Source of the DNA: Octopus sinensis
Lineage: Eukaryota
Assembly (NCBI RefSeq): GCF_006345805.1
Contig: NC_043005.1
Location: 67,394,001 to 67,458,000, forward strand
Reading direction: 5' to 3'
DNA: 64,000 nt
Below, piece by piece: positions 1-14,521 of this stretch; position 1 is the stretch's first letter; each line of letters opens with the position of its first letter. The notes beneath the pieces are model-generated. The model made no database searches. It saw nothing but the letters and a program-made list of their open reading frames with translations, and was not told the DNA's origin. The position numbers and the translations under genes were made by a program.

Positions 1-959
1 ACCCAGTATTTGATCGGTGCTTTATGTTACCGACCTCGAAATGTTAACAACTGAAGCTGAGCAAGTGGAATTAGAACACTAAATGTAAAGAGCCGGAAGA
101 TATGCCCTCAAGTATTTTGTATGATGCCTTCACTAGTTTAATAATAAGAGCCAAAAACTTCGTTAAACAGTTATTATTTAAAGAACATCATGAATGCAAT
201 TAACAATTTTGTGACAGAAATGCAATATTTTCTGGCTTCCAGACAGTTTCAGAGCAAATTGGATTGCCAATTATAAATATGAAGTATGTTTTCCTTTCAT
301 CATATAATATTCGTTATAAAATCCAATTTATGACAATGTGTTTTGAAATATGGCTAAATGGCAAATAATTTGTACATTCCCTGTTAACACTTTCGTAACG
401 AAACCAAAACTCTCCAAATGGTTATTTTATATCCTATTAAAATAGGTTAGTTCAACGAAAATAAATTTGAAATCGCCTTGATGAGATCTCTTTTAATTGC
501 CAGCATGTAGGAGAAATGGTATATTACTTGGTTTATAGATTTATCGCTCATCATTTCTGTTTATCTATTTCGGTATCTATTTCTGTTCCCAGTAATCTTT
601 CTCTCACATACACGCACACACACATACACACACACACTTTCTTTCACAAACACACTCTTTCTCTCCCTCAGTCTCTATCTATCTATGTCAGTCTGTCTAT
701 CTATCTATCTATCTTTCATGTTTCCTTCTTTTTGTTTTTGATTATCTCCTTGCCTACTTCATTGCAAATATTTCTAAATAGAAATCCCCCTTCTTTCATT
801 TCTACACTGTAAGCGTCATTGAACCAAGTTAAATGCATACTGAGTAATATAATTTATTTCAACAGCATTTTTAGTAGTAATCAGTGGTTGAGCAGTTGGC
901 AGGCTATCCTGCTATTATGCACACAAGTTCGTATCTAAATATTGTGCTGTTGAGACTGA

Positions 960-1430
960 ATCTGTGAAGTCCTAAATAACTGCTTACTGACCGCAATCCA
1001 CACTGCAGTACTTTGTGGTTGAGACTCTAAGTGGATTGCCACTTTCCATCTGTTTGTATTTCTCTTCCTTACAGATTGCGGCTGTTGCAGATTTACGTGT
1101 GTGAAGAATCACGAAACAAACTACTGTGTGAGTTTGCCCCGACAATAAGTATCCTCTTACTCACTAAGATTCTTACCAAGTCTTTCCATGGCCACACAGT
1201 AACTGCATGCCTTGTGGTGATAGTCTTATTTAAGAAGGACCGCTAAGCTAACGTGGGCTCCAAGATAATATGCTCGTTATTGCAATGGATATACCCTGAC
1301 ACTTATTAATCATTATCTTGCTGGCTTATGAATAAGTCCAGACAAAAATCATAGGTAAATACTCTCCGATACAGAAGCAAATTCAGTACTTTCTCATAGT
1401 AAGAATAACTTATTTGCAATGAACCGGATA
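960..1430. repeat. Unclassified old repeat, second copy at ~16930-17400
   Basis: Colinear similarity over ~450 bp (e.g. GGATTGCCACTTT, GGCTCCAAGATAATA, TGGATATACCCT, AGTCCAGACAAAA). Confidence 0.75.
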
Positions 1431-2317
1431 TATACAATAAAATCAGAAATCAGCGGCCATATGTACACAACTATGGGGAATTCTTTTGCATACTGTTAGC
1501 CACTATCAAATGAATAATCGGTCTGCGTGAGTTTAAAACATTTTTGGCAATTATTTTTGATAACCCACATATAATTTCCTTGATAGTTATTAGTCTGCAG
1601 TTTATTTATTTTCTATTCTCGAAAGTAACAGTTTCTAAATTTAGGTTATGTACATACTAGTAGCAGTATAAATATATAATGATTGTTATAGATGTCGTTA
1701 GTATTTATGTTAAGAGACATCACCTCGACCGGAATGACTTACAACCGTTCAATCCCACCAAGACTGTGAAACACTTCTGAACACTTAATCACATTGTTCT
1801 CCAGACACGCAAAAAATACAGATGAGTTACTCCCAGAAATAGATTTTTAAATGCTACTATTTCAAAATGCGAGATATTTCTCTCTTAGTTTTGAGTTGTT
1901 TGAGGGCTACAAGAAAAGAACCAAAGAAAAATAATTGCTGGTGGTTATCACAGGTGAACTTAAACTTGTTAATATTTATTTTAATATTCGTTATCATATT
2001 ATTCCTTACGTTAAAAGCCAGTAATGATGCAAATCAACAGACTACCTCTGTATGGTCAATCGTCATCTGTCGATGGCGAATCATGTCACAGAGAAATCCA
2101 AAAGATTGTGCTGGCGAGAACTGCCTACATCCTTTAAAAATAAACTACCGATTTAAATATATGTGTTGTATTGCATGAAGATATTTTGCTCCAGGCTCTG
2201 CCACTTTCCCTCCTCAAGCTTTCAGTTATACTGTAACATCTATTATCCTTCACTCGCCCTAGGACGCTGGGTGTGGTCCGGCGAGTGATTGTAACAAACA
2301 TACAGATTAAAAGTAAA

Positions 2318-2319
2318 TG

Positions 2320-2362
<43 letters not shown>

Positions 2363-2430
2363 TGATGATGATGATGATGATAATGATGATGATGATGATG
2401 ATGATGATAATAATAATAATAATAATAATA

Positions 2431-2467
<37 letters not shown>

Positions 2468-2844
2468 CTCATTGAAATTGAGAAAATGTGGCATCTCAAG
2501 GCGGTTACAATACCAGTGATCGTAGGAGCACTAGGAATGATCAAGAAGGGAACCGAAAATTATATGAGAATGATCCCTGGCTTACCATCCCTGCAAGAAG
2601 TGCAAAAGATTGTCTTAACTGGTACATCACACGTATTGAGAAGAGCATTGTCGAATTGAGAAGAGCATTGTCGATGTGAGAACTGTTGCTGCTAATTTAA
2701 CTTTAAAAAAAAAAAAAAAAATTAACGAACTATTGAGTTTGGTTTAATGACCTACCAATGTATACTATGAGTTTCTTTGCCCTAGGAGTCGGGAAGACAC
2801 TCGGCAAGAAATGGAAGCAAATTTGAAAGAAGAAGAAAAAAAAA

Positions 2845-2902
<58 letters not shown>

Positions 2903-3418
2903 TAATAATAAAAATAATAATAATAAATTTTAAAATTTCTGATTTTAACTGAATATGATGTACAAAGAACGTATTTTGTGTCAGAAGAAGAAGGAGAAGA
3001 AGAAGAAGAAGAAGAAGAAGAAGAAGAAGAAGAAGAAGAAGAAGAAGAAGAAAAAGAAGAAGGAGAAGAAGGAGGAGAAGGAAGAGAAGAAGAAGAAGAA
3101 GAAGAAGAAGAAGAAAAAGAAGAAGAAGAAAAAGAAGAAGGAGAAGAAGGAGAAGAAGGAGGAGAAGAGGAAGAAGAAAAAGAAGAAGGAGAAGAAGAAG
3201 AAGAAGAATCTTGACCTAATCATACCTTTCCTAAAATAAATGCGAAGTACTGAGATAAATTTAGACGTGCACTCGAACAAGTCTGACCTGACTGGGGTTA
3301 GACAATGAAAATAATAAAAGATAGAAGTATGATAGAGGGATAAGAAACATAATGTTAAAAAAGAAGACTGAGACATTCTGGGAATAACTGAATGAAATAT
3401 TATGGAGTTTATGATGAC

Positions 3419-3456
<38 letters not shown>

Positions 3457-3585
3457 GGATGATGATGATGATGACGATGATGATGATGATGATGATGATG
3501 ATGACGATGAGGATGTTGATGATGATGTTGATGGTGGTGGTGGTGGTAGTGGTGATGATGATGATGATGATGATGATGATAGTAG
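2318..3585. repeat. Trinucleotide microsatellite cluster: (TAA/TGA)n, (GAA/GGA)n, (GAT)n
   Basis: Directly visible. Other prominent tracts are (CTA)n at 5075-5460, (TTA)n at 7465-9447, (GTA)n at 12121-12192, many (TA)n/(CA)n, and (GATA)n at 37038-37120 and 50-58 kb. Confidence 0.98.
2467..2845 (+). mobile_element. 5'-truncated R4/Dong-like (RLE-type) non-LTR element between (TAA)n arrays
   Basis: EIEKMWHLKAVTIPVIVGALGMIKKG...VQKIVLTGTSHVLRRALSM* is a typical restriction-like endonuclease C-terminus. (TAA)n on both sides. Confidence 0.85.
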
Positions 3586-5091
3586 AACGTAAGGTCGTGA
3601 TGAAGCAGAGGGGTGGAGATTGAGGATGGTAAGTTCACTTTTTAAGTGCAATGTAATTAATTTTTCCCCCAAACGGATCTGGGAATTTGTTAATTCTCTA
3701 GGGAAATATAACAAAATCGATATCAGCACGTAAGCTAAATTTTGCTTATAGACAAAAAGAGAATAGCATTCTATTTGACATTTTTTTAAAGTGAAGATAC
3801 GAAATGCATTTTAAATTCTTTCAAATTACTGACGTTGTTCCCAAATCTTCTTCAATCCAAGGTGTTCCAGTAGCAACGATAACCTCTGTTCAGTGCCATG
3901 TATGCGCTCTAAACTAGCTTTAGGCAATATGTTCCTCGACTTAAAGTAAAATCCATGTGGTTTGAAAGAGATTTAGCCGATATTTCTAGCAAGTCACGCG
4001 ACGTTGAATACTCTACTGCACAAATGTCAAATCATTAAGACATGATATTAGCGACCCACACAATAATTTGTCGTAAAAAAAAGTTTTCGTTTAAATTGGG
4101 TTAGTGTATATCGTAATCATGACCTGTCACATCCTGCATTTTGAATATTTACCGATGAAATCATGAGATATTAATGATTGAATATCAAAAATTTATTGAA
4201 TATTCTGCCATAAAAATGGCGTTAACTTCCTATTCCTATCTAGTGAAAAATTTCTTTCCGTTCAAGTAACAATATTTTTTTCTTTTATCGTTACACTGTT
4301 GTACGTTCTTGCCTCTGTTTTATTCCGAATCAGAAACCATAATTGCTTGTATTCTAATTAGACGTAGAAACATTAGAGAGCTGTACAAAATATTATAAAT
4401 TTAAAATACATAAAATAAATATCCGCATTATTCGAAATAGACGCTACATTAAACTATTCGGATTAATAATCGAAATATGTTATTGTTTTTTTAGTTAGTG
4501 TTAAGTGTTTAGTTTTGTTCTTTATTTGAATATTTTCAACTAGAAAATTAGCTGTGAATAATTTAAGGATTATCAATAGAATTGAAGGATTATCAAAATG
4601 GTAGCGGAAAAACTGATTAAAGTGTATAACATTGAGATTTTAATTGAAATGATAATGACGTGTGAGGATGGATAACAATAAATTCAATGATTGTAAGGAT
4701 GATGATGATCATCAACAAAACCTTGATTAATATTATCACTAACACCATTCCCATTATTATCAAAATTACTGTGATGTACATATTCGCTATTATTATGGTC
4801 GTTGTCGTTGACGTAGTTATATCAAGAGAGAAATGATGATTTCCATCAAGGACATACGTGTGTATGGAAGGACTAAAATCAATTGGATAGACAGGTACAT
4901 ACGGTATTGATCCAACACAGATCAGAAATATAAAAAAGAAATCATTATAAACTGCATTTGAAGTGAGAATACAAAGACCGTATTTTGTGCCTGCTTTTAC
5001 AAGGATTTCTTTATCGTTAAACAATAGCTATTGGTTGTTTCTCATGTTGCTGCTTCTGCCACTGCTTCCGCTGTTGCTGCTGCTACTACTG

Positions 5092-5136
<45 letters not shown>

Positions 5137-5152
5137 TACTACTACTACTACC

Positions 5153-5383
5153 TATTTGTTTACTACCCACAAGGAGCTAAACACAGAGGGGACAAACAAG
5201 ACAGACAAACGGATTCAATCGATTATATCGACCCCAGTGCGTAACTGGTACTTATTTAATCGACCCCGAAAGGATAAAAGGCAAAGTCGACCTCGGCAGA
5301 ATTTGAACTCAGAACGTAACGGCAGACGAAATACGGCTACGCATTTCGCCCGGCGTGCTAACGTTTCTGCCAGCTCACCGCCT
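5153..5383 (-). mobile_element. SINE family B inside a (CTA)n array
   Basis: Full copy with (CTA)n on both sides. Confidence 0.9.
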
Positions 5384-5416
<33 letters not shown>

Positions 5417-6289
5417 CGCTACTACTACTGTTACTACAGCTGCTACTGCTACTGCTGCTACAATTTTCACAATGACGGTGATGGCATAGTGGGAAAAAAA
5501 TTGCACTCCGTACCTGACTGCCAATCCTACTGCTTCCGCCGTTCTTTTGCTCTTTTCCTTTCTTACTACAATTTATGCAACATCATCCACTTAGTTTCAG
5601 CGCCCTCAACTGAGCACGGGGTTTTCATGGTCTTGTGAATTTGAAAAATCATTAGAATCGAAACTCCACCTTGTCGCTTCTGACCATATATCGTCTCTCG
5701 CATCCCTATTACTTAACACCCACCTTTGCTGCAATAAAGGAAATTAACGGCCGGTCATGGTGCCATTTATTTTCCATATCCCTTATCTTCACTTTAGTAT
5801 TTTCATCCCTTTTTAATAGGTAACATATCGACATGCCGACTTATCTATTTTAGTTATTCTTCAAACAACTGCTTCATCTGTGCTTGAAACCACTGGTGTT
5901 ATTTTTAGACTAAAAGCACGCAATTGTTTCACTATGTTATATATCTTGGATTTGATGTTGGAGCGCAGAGATAGTTTGCTGAAGCAATTATAATTTTTGC
6001 ACCTGTTGAATTTTTGCTTCTGCTCAGTTTAAAATGTCTGTTTAATTATAAAGCAAAGCTATTAGCGCATTAATTTATGCCTGAGTGGTATTATTGCTGT
6101 TATTATTCTAATTCTGGTTAAGTCAGCGACCTGACAGAATCGTTAGTACGCCGCTCGAAATGCTTAGCGGCATTTCTTCGTCATATATTACATGATGAAA
6201 TATCGTCATGTAATAGAACACAGAGATTTAAATTGATAGGCTTTTTCTAAGAATGTAGGCAGTACTTGTCAGCATAATCTTTTGGATTT

Positions 6290-6790
6290 CTCTGAGACAT
6301 GATTCTCCCAGGACATTATCCAGATGCTTCTGACATCTCTTTTTTTATCATAACTAGGGTACCAACAATAACAGTAACACTTTTCGCTTTAAGATGTATT
6401 TCCATTTCCACGTCCTTACATTTACTTAATTTGTCAAATTCCTTTACAGATATATTTTTATAAGTGGGAACATTCACATCTATTAGGCTACAAGTATTGT
6501 TGACTGGAAAATCCCAGAGGATAGGATATTTTTACCTTCAACGACTCAGGATGATACTCATACCAGCAAGCAGGAGTGCTTGTTTTGTAGTGTTTACATA
6601 TTTTCCAATATAAATACTGTCCTACGTTATCAAGGCGAATTTTGTATTCGTTTGGTATCAGTACAGGACATTCCGAGACGAGATGGTCTAATATTTCATC
6701 AAATTTATCGCAGAATCTGTTTTTAGGGTCTGAACCATTTTGAAGAACGTTAGCATGGTAATTTATGGTAAGCAGGGGCCTATTGTCAGA
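6290..6790 (-). mobile_element. Older R4/Dong-like fragment
   Basis: RFCDKFDEILDHLVSECP...VGQYLYWKICKHY...WYEYHP is the decayed zinc knuckle region, followed by decayed RLE motifs. Confidence 0.75.
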
Positions 6791-7400
6791 TATCAATGAA
6801 TGCAGTTTAATGTGACATCTCTTCGATGGTCAGAGTAAGTGTCCATACATGTAAAATATTCAGTGTTATGTGTTAAGTCCCAGTAACTGAAACCTCTTAC
6901 CCCTTCTGTACAAACTGTTAAAGAATTTAAATTCGCGAGGACATAAATAGAGATGCTAAACTTCGAGCTTTCGTGGGGCATCCTGTGCAAGCTAGGATGT
7001 AGGATAGATGTGTCAACATATGAAAATGACGTCACTATAATAGTGTCAGGCACTTATCATGTCGATATGATCAATGCTTCTATGAAAGGGTATGAAGTGG
7101 TGAGAGAAACAAAAACTAACCAGGAGTCTTTGAGACTGAATCTCAGTAGCTGGAGAGGCAGATTCAATTCGGCTTACAACGTTGTGGAGTATAAATGGGG
7201 CGAGTTAATGAGCTGCTGACCACTCATAACCAGAAATTGGTCGAGCGGAGGCAATCCATGAAGGTAGCCTGAAGGTGACAAATGCCTACATTTCATGAGT
7301 CACTTACCACCGCCTTTGAGACGTGTCTTACCTTGCTGCAAAGTTTACTTGACTGGAGTGCTTGCCCTTCCACTTTCTGTGAAGTGTGAGTGTTACGCTA
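6790..7400 (+). mobile_element. Old Tx1-like RT fragment
   Basis: GILCKLGCRIDVSTYENDVTIIVS aligns with GIPRELGCGTSVSAYADDVTVIVS of the 54-57 kb ORF2. Confidence 0.75.
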
Positions 7401-7475
7401 CACGGACAGTCCATTTTCTATCAAAATCCAGTGCGTAGAGTACTAGGTATGCCTCTTTATCATTATACCTTATTA

Positions 7476-7510
<35 letters not shown>

Positions 7511-7543
7511 TTATTATTATTATTATTATCATTATTACTATTA

Positions 7544-7806
7544 CTTTTTTTTTTCTTTTTTCAAATTTGCTTCCATTTCTTGCCGGGTGTCTTCCCGACT
7601 CCTAGGGCAAAGAAACTCATAGTATACATTGGTAGGCCATTAAACCAAACTCAATAGTTCGTTCATTTTTTGTTTTAAGTTAAATTAAAATACATGACCA
7701 GCAACAGTTCTCACATCGACAATGCTCTTCTCAATACGTGTGATGTACCAGTTAAGACAATCTTTTGCACTTCTTGCAGGGATGGTAAGCCAGGGATCAT
7801 TCTCAT
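7544..7806 (-). mobile_element. Second 5'-truncated copy of the same R4/Dong-like family, in (TAA)n
   Basis: Reverse complement nearly identical to 2564-2845. (TTA)n flanks both ends. Confidence 0.85.
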
Positions 7807-7832
7807 TATTGTTGTTATTATTATTATTATTA

Positions 7833-7865
<33 letters not shown>

Positions 7866-8420
7866 GAGTGAGAGAGCAGTTCATGCCATCAAAGTGACAC
7901 TGGGGTAAAATATACGAAGCCCAATATACCCATCATGACTACCTGTCTGATAAAGGTACACCAGGCACATGCATCACAACCATATGTGTGCGACATGGTG
8001 ATCTCATATCAAGATAAACAGCACATGACCTTGCAGGTGGGGCCCAGTTAGAATTTTCTTCAGGTTGAGTAGCCCATCCCACTCAAACGGTCCCTGAATA
8101 AGGGTTGTTTAAGGATGTTGAAAAAACCACTCATGTTTCCAGAGGTGAATTATTCAAACCCCAAAGAATCCCTCTCAACACATGGCTATGATGCTCCCCC
8201 ACTACTTCTGCTCGTGATCAGAGATGCACATATCGTCAGCCACTAAGGGACATGCTCAACTGGTTAAGGTCAAACAACTGGCAAGCAAATCTGTAGTATT
8301 GAGCAGAATATTTGCTGTAGCCCATCTTTTATACCAAGACAAAACAATGTACATGATAACACTTCCAATCAGTTAAGATCAGAAGCCATGAGAGCCACTG
8401 CCTGGTACTGCATCAGGGCA
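7866..8420. repeat. 555-bp non-coding insert bracketed by (TTA)n arrays
   Basis: Complex sequence with no ORF and sharp boundaries against TTA repeats on both sides. Its identity as a repeat family is inferred, since only one copy is present here. Confidence 0.45.
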
Positions 8421-8447
8421 TTTATTATTATTATTATTATTATTGTT

Positions 8448-9298
<851 letters not shown>

Positions 9299-9345
9299 CA
9301 TTATAATTATAATTATTATTATTATCATTATTATCATCATCATCC

Positions 9346-9438
<93 letters not shown>

Positions 9439-9479
9439 TTATTATTATCATTTCCGTTCGCATAGCATGCATGCTTGTA

Positions 9480-9930
9480 TAGCTAAAATTGCTTTTTGCA
9501 CTTGGCTAGCCTTCATACGGAGCCCAAGACATGTTATTTTTGATCAAATGTCAAGAACATCGGGTCAAACTACGCAGTACCCTGATGCATGAGCAGATTT
9601 TCTATGGGAATAACTTGACTGACTTCTTAATGCATTCCAGTCGTGTGAAAGAACTGATAATTTGTCATGAACGAATGAGTTCGCATACATTTTCCACTCT
9701 TTCCAGCGTCTTACTAATGATTCCTCCCCTTGAAAAGTTATTATCTTGAACGAACAGCCGACCGGCCTTGATAAACGCGTGCCACTCGAATGACTGTGAT
9801 CGATCTGAATAATGGTTGCGAAAAACCTGACACATTTTGTCGGGAGTCTTGGTTGATTTGCTAAACTTCATGAAAAATTTGATGCAAGCACCTTGTTCGA
9901 ATTTGTCACCCAACTTAAAAATCTCAAGGT
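9480..9930 (-). mobile_element. Mariner transposase N-terminal relic
   Basis: DKFEQGACIKFFMKFSKS...SRSQSFEW-like segment (SDRSQSFEWHAFIKAGR)...ERVENVCELI, a mariner HTH region. Confidence 0.85.
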
Positions 9931-9999
9931 CGTCTAACACAATTATATAAATCCCCAATTAGCAATTAAAGACGAATAGGTAGCATGAGCTCTATAAGT

Positions 10000-10380
10000 G
10001 AATTAACTCTCGATACCGGGTAACAAGTCAACAGTATAATCACAGCATATGCAAGCTAGAAGCTTTCTGATAAATCTTGTTGTTGTTAAAAGTAGCAATA
10101 ATCTAAATTTTCAATGACAGTGATGAAAATATCTCCTTGATGAAATAAACTACATAGAAAAAATCTTAGAAATAAACAGAATGAAGTGATTGAAAACTAC
10201 AACAAGCTGTGTGATAGTAGGCGACCTATGAATAATACAAAGTAAGTGAGTAGACAAATACCTATGATAACTGAATTATCCAAACTAGAAAACATTCAAT
10301 AGGCTGGAGAGATAATTATAGCACACGATACGAGAGACACTAATATCCTATTATATTATTCATAACGGAACACACACACA
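10000..10380 (+). mobile_element. Very decayed Penelope-like RT C-terminal fragment
   Basis: SDEN..LDEINYIEKILEIN resembles the PLE thumb region. Confidence 0.4.
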
Positions 10381-10614
10381 CAAAAACAAGGTCATTAAAC
10401 AAATAATAGAAGTAAAACTGTATGCAACAGAGAGAGAGAGAGAGAGAGATGTTGTGACAAGGTGACACAGCACATATAAATATACATGTAAATCTATACA
10501 TCCATACAAACATGTATGCATATATATGTATATATGTGTATGTATGTATGTATGTATAAATATGTATGTGTATGTATGTATATATATGTATGTATGAATA
10601 TATGTATGTGTATG

Positions 10615-10687
<73 letters not shown>

Positions 10688-11577
10688 CACACTGAGAAAC
10701 GCTTGCAATGTAATGATTCGTTCAGAACATTTCCATTAGTGTAAAAGTCAAGTCTTACAGCGTGTCCATTCTGCAAATTCGTTTCAATGCCTCATTGAAT
10801 CCATGCTATTTAATGTCCCTGGAAAGAAATAACTTCATAAAATATTGCTTTCTGAAATACGTGTTGCTGTTAATTATAGAAGCTAATAGGACTTTCTGAA
10901 CGTTTGGACTGAGCCTTTTGTATATATACTACAGTTACTGCTTTTGTTATATATAAAATATGCCAAAATTAAAACAAGTGTTATCTCGTATAATGTTTCG
11001 AAAAGAATATCTCTTAAGCCAGTATAATGCTATATCATATACCTCGTATTGATTTCTGAAATTTTCGTCTTCCTCTCTTAAATATTATCCCTGACACATG
11101 GATTGTTACAGACAATATATCAATTCACGAAGCATCACTTGTAATTAGAATCCAAGGGTAAATAGATGCCTTGTAATTGTTCTTTATATTAGTCATTTTG
11201 GTGGTGTTCAAGGTGCATTGGCAGGCGATCTAGTTGCTACTGACATCACTACAGATATGTTACTTTATATTTCTTTATATATTAACTTATATGGTTATAG
11301 TACTGTCCTTGATCTTGGTAGTTTATTTATAGACTGATGAAGGTAATACACATGATATTCAGCTTGAACTCCTGCAGAGTGATATACGTAAAGGAAATGC
11401 AGTCAGAGTGGACTTTGAGAAGGAGGCAGAACAAATTATTGATTACATGCACACCTAAGCAGAAGTACACACAAGCAAATACACATACAAATCTTATGTT
11501 TCTTGGCAGTTCTCTTCAAAAGAGGAACGGCTGAACGCACCTAAACTTGTCTTAATATTAAAACACCAAACCAACGC

Positions 11578-11785
11578 ATTGAGCTGGCAGAATCATTAGA
11601 ACTCCAAGCAAAATTCTCAGCGGCATTTCGTCCGTCTTGACGTTTTGAGTTCAAATGCTGCTGTGGTCGAGTTTGTCTTTGATTTTGGGGTCGATAAAAT
11701 AGGTACAAGTTAAGTATTGCGGTCGATATAATCGACTTAATTCTCCTCTCAAAATTCATGCCCTTCTGTCAAAATTTGAAAACAA
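11578..11785 (+). mobile_element. Older SINE B-related copy with a different tail
   Basis: Same head and body, tail ...CAAAATTTGAAAAC. Related copies at 1-135(-), 14045-14240(-), 19200-19410(-), 34905-34990(+), 35020-35130(+) and 60020-60120(+). Confidence 0.7.
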
Positions 11786-11902
11786 CATTACAACACTACA
11801 TGGCGGTTTTCTTGGCATTATCCTTTAACAGCGTGTTCTAGATCTAGGTCCTATCCCTTTTTACTCTTTGAACAATTTCTAGTCCTGAATTTCTAGCCAT
11901 AC

Positions 11903-11985
11903 TGAGGCATCACCAACAAAGGTTATTTTAGTTTTTCGTACGACAACAGCTATTTCAGAAAGATTCATTTTGCTTCTCTGTAATG
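11903..11985 (-). CDS. Candidate exon (83 nt, phase 1-0): ALQRSKMNLSEIAVVVRKTKITFVGDAS
   Basis: Acceptor ctgtttaaag|C and donor TCA|gtatgg. It could instead read through to a stop at 11879. Confidence 0.45.
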
Positions 11986-12117
11986 CTTTAAACAGCAGTC
12001 GTAATGTAAAGTGGTCACTTACGAACATGTACATGCATACACATATATACATAGATGCGCGTGCATATATATATATATATATATATGTGTGTGGTGTGTG
12101 TGTGTGTGTATGTGTGC

Positions 12118-12193
<76 letters not shown>

Positions 12194-12355
12194 ATTTGTA
12201 ATCAGGTTATATTTAGCTTTTTCTCCGTAGCTCGAATAGATGATGAACAAACTTAATTGATTTTCGAAACTTATTGGATTCTCATCAGAGCTCACTAGAT
12301 CAATTCAACCAATCCCAGAGACACATGCAGCCAATCTGTCTACAATTACAGTTGC

Positions 12356-12425
<70 letters not shown>

Positions 12426-13174
12426 TAGATAGACAGAAATATATTTATACATAGAGAGATTGATAGATACATACATAAATACATAAATACATATATACAC
12501 GTGTGTGTACACAATAGACTTTGACATAAGCTTCACTTTAACCTGACGCGTATTAGAATACACTTGAACAGGGTGCCATGCTGTGGCACCAGCCCCGAGA
12601 CCACATGCTCACAGAACGAACTTGTAAGTCAGCGAACCCTGCCTTCACATATTTTCACCGAATCTTCCACTTCCGTCATCTCAATGGCGATCTATTCCAA
12701 CCTAAGTTACTTGGTGACAATTCTCGCCATCTGAAACAAGTGTATTTTTTTAAACATTTTTGCACCTATCGATGGAGTTCTTGTTTAAAGTTGTTAATGT
12801 CTAAAGCAAAGACTTCATCTATTATCTTGAGTTTGTTTAACTGTTTGACTGAGAAAGAATCAACCATACGGTTTCCGTGTTACTTGTATAAGTGGCTACT
12901 TGCCTAAAAAAAACTTTTACGAAATTATTGAGGTTACCGTTCCATATAAACTAAGTTTTTGTCATATGCAAACATTTACTATTATCAATTCCAATATGGA
13001 ATGGGCATCTATTTGGAAATACTTCCACTGTATATTCTCCTGGCACTAATCTCTTGGATAAGACGTTTCCAATCAGACCACTCTGCTATGCTTTGATCTA
13101 TCTCTAACTCCATATCTGCTATACGTTGATCTATCTCTGTCTCTCTCTCTCTTTCTATCTATCTATCTACTTTT

Positions 13175-13206
<32 letters not shown>

Positions 13207-13209
13207 CTT

Positions 13210-13243
<34 letters not shown>

Positions 13244-13535
13244 CTTAAACTTGACGTTCTATTTTCTTTTGATGCATCTCACAGTTTAATTTTCCATCTT
13301 ACACGCTACTTTCTGCGCATTTAGGATCGACATATTATCACTTCTAAACAAAAACATTCAAAGTCTCACACTCAAATGCACCACCCTTTCTTTACGACAA
13401 TGTAGATGAGACCTAACATCTCACACTAGATTTCCACCTCCCTATGGGAGACTCAATGAATTACGCTCATTTAAAATGCAGAGAAATATAACATACTATT
13501 TGTCATTTAATTTGTCGTACAACATTCAAACTTAC

Positions 13536-13585
13536 CTGCTCTTAACCAACACTTAACCATCATTTTCAAAGTGTGGTCACACCTG
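13536..13585 (-). CDS. Candidate exon (50 or 47 nt, phase 2-1): RCDHTLKMMVKCWLRA
   Basis: NAGNAG acceptor attctttag|CAG and donor CAG|gtaagt. Confidence 0.55.
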
Positions 13586-14488
13586 CTAAAGAATTTTCTT
13601 GGTCACCATACAAAGAAACAGAGCTAAGAGTGTATACCAACGTATATGGGGTCTTTTCCTGATGCTAGAAGATATCCCAGCTCATATAAGTTAATTAATT
13701 TCTGTGAAGCACAGGAGAGGACATGCATATGTATGCATTCAGAGACCAAGATCAATGCCTCACTACTTCATTGTCTACAAATATTGAGACTAAAGAAAGA
13801 TGCTATTTAGGTATATGGATTTAATCGGTTTATTAGAGAGCAGGGATCTCCTACATTAATGATCCAAAGCTGGTGATATTAACCTCCCCGAGGAATAAGA
13901 ATTCCCATTACATCTTTTGAAATTTTGAACATAGGTAAAAATAATGAAAAACGGTAAAATAATGATAAAAAATTCTAACTAGCGCCTCATTTAAGATCAT
14001 TCAACTTCCCTTCTGTTTTATAACATATGGCACATCAAAAATACTGGTTCCAAATTTTGGCACAAGGCCAGCATCTTCAGAAATGAGTAAGTCGATCGCC
14101 TCAAGCTTGACTGGTGCTTAATTTATCGATTCCGAAATAATGAAATTTAAAGTCATCCGAGGCGTAATTTGAACGCAGAACGCAAAGACGATCGAAATGA
14201 CGTTTAGCGTGCTAAACAATCTGCCAGTTCAACGCCTACAGATAAAAAATATTACACATTTTTTTACCCGTCAATAGATGACTCTATCAGATGTTCTACT
14301 TATGGCAATTGAATGCACGAATGTTTAACAATGTTTTCAACGTCTTTGCAGCACCCGATAAAATGTCAATAACTACACATTTCGACGTAGTTACGAATAT
14401 TTTTGCTTATATATTGTCACGCTTTTTCCGTACATGCTCATTTATAAAAACAAATATTTACCAATGCATACACACACATGTTCACAAT

Positions 14489-14521
<33 letters not shown>

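Noticed and set aside
2955-3729. Poly-K/E/D/M/H/S ORFs
   Set aside because: They are translations of (GAA)n and (GAT)n microsatellites, open in several frames, with no non-repetitive coding context.
5280-5383. tRNA-like A/B boxes in SINE heads
   Set aside because: They are SINE promoters attached to SINE bodies; no complete cloverleaf tRNA gene is present.
10759-10818. Minus-strand exon with strong splice sites
   Set aside because: All three frames contain stops from the strong acceptor, so it is not supported as coding.
11333-11400. CTGATGA motif here, and another on the minus strand at ~35250
   Set aside because: No GAAA core follows a closing stem II.
12225-12295. CTGATGA...GAAA hammerhead-like motif on the minus strand
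   Set aside because: Stem II is only 3 bp, and stem III and the cleavage triplet do not form. At best a heavily decayed relic.
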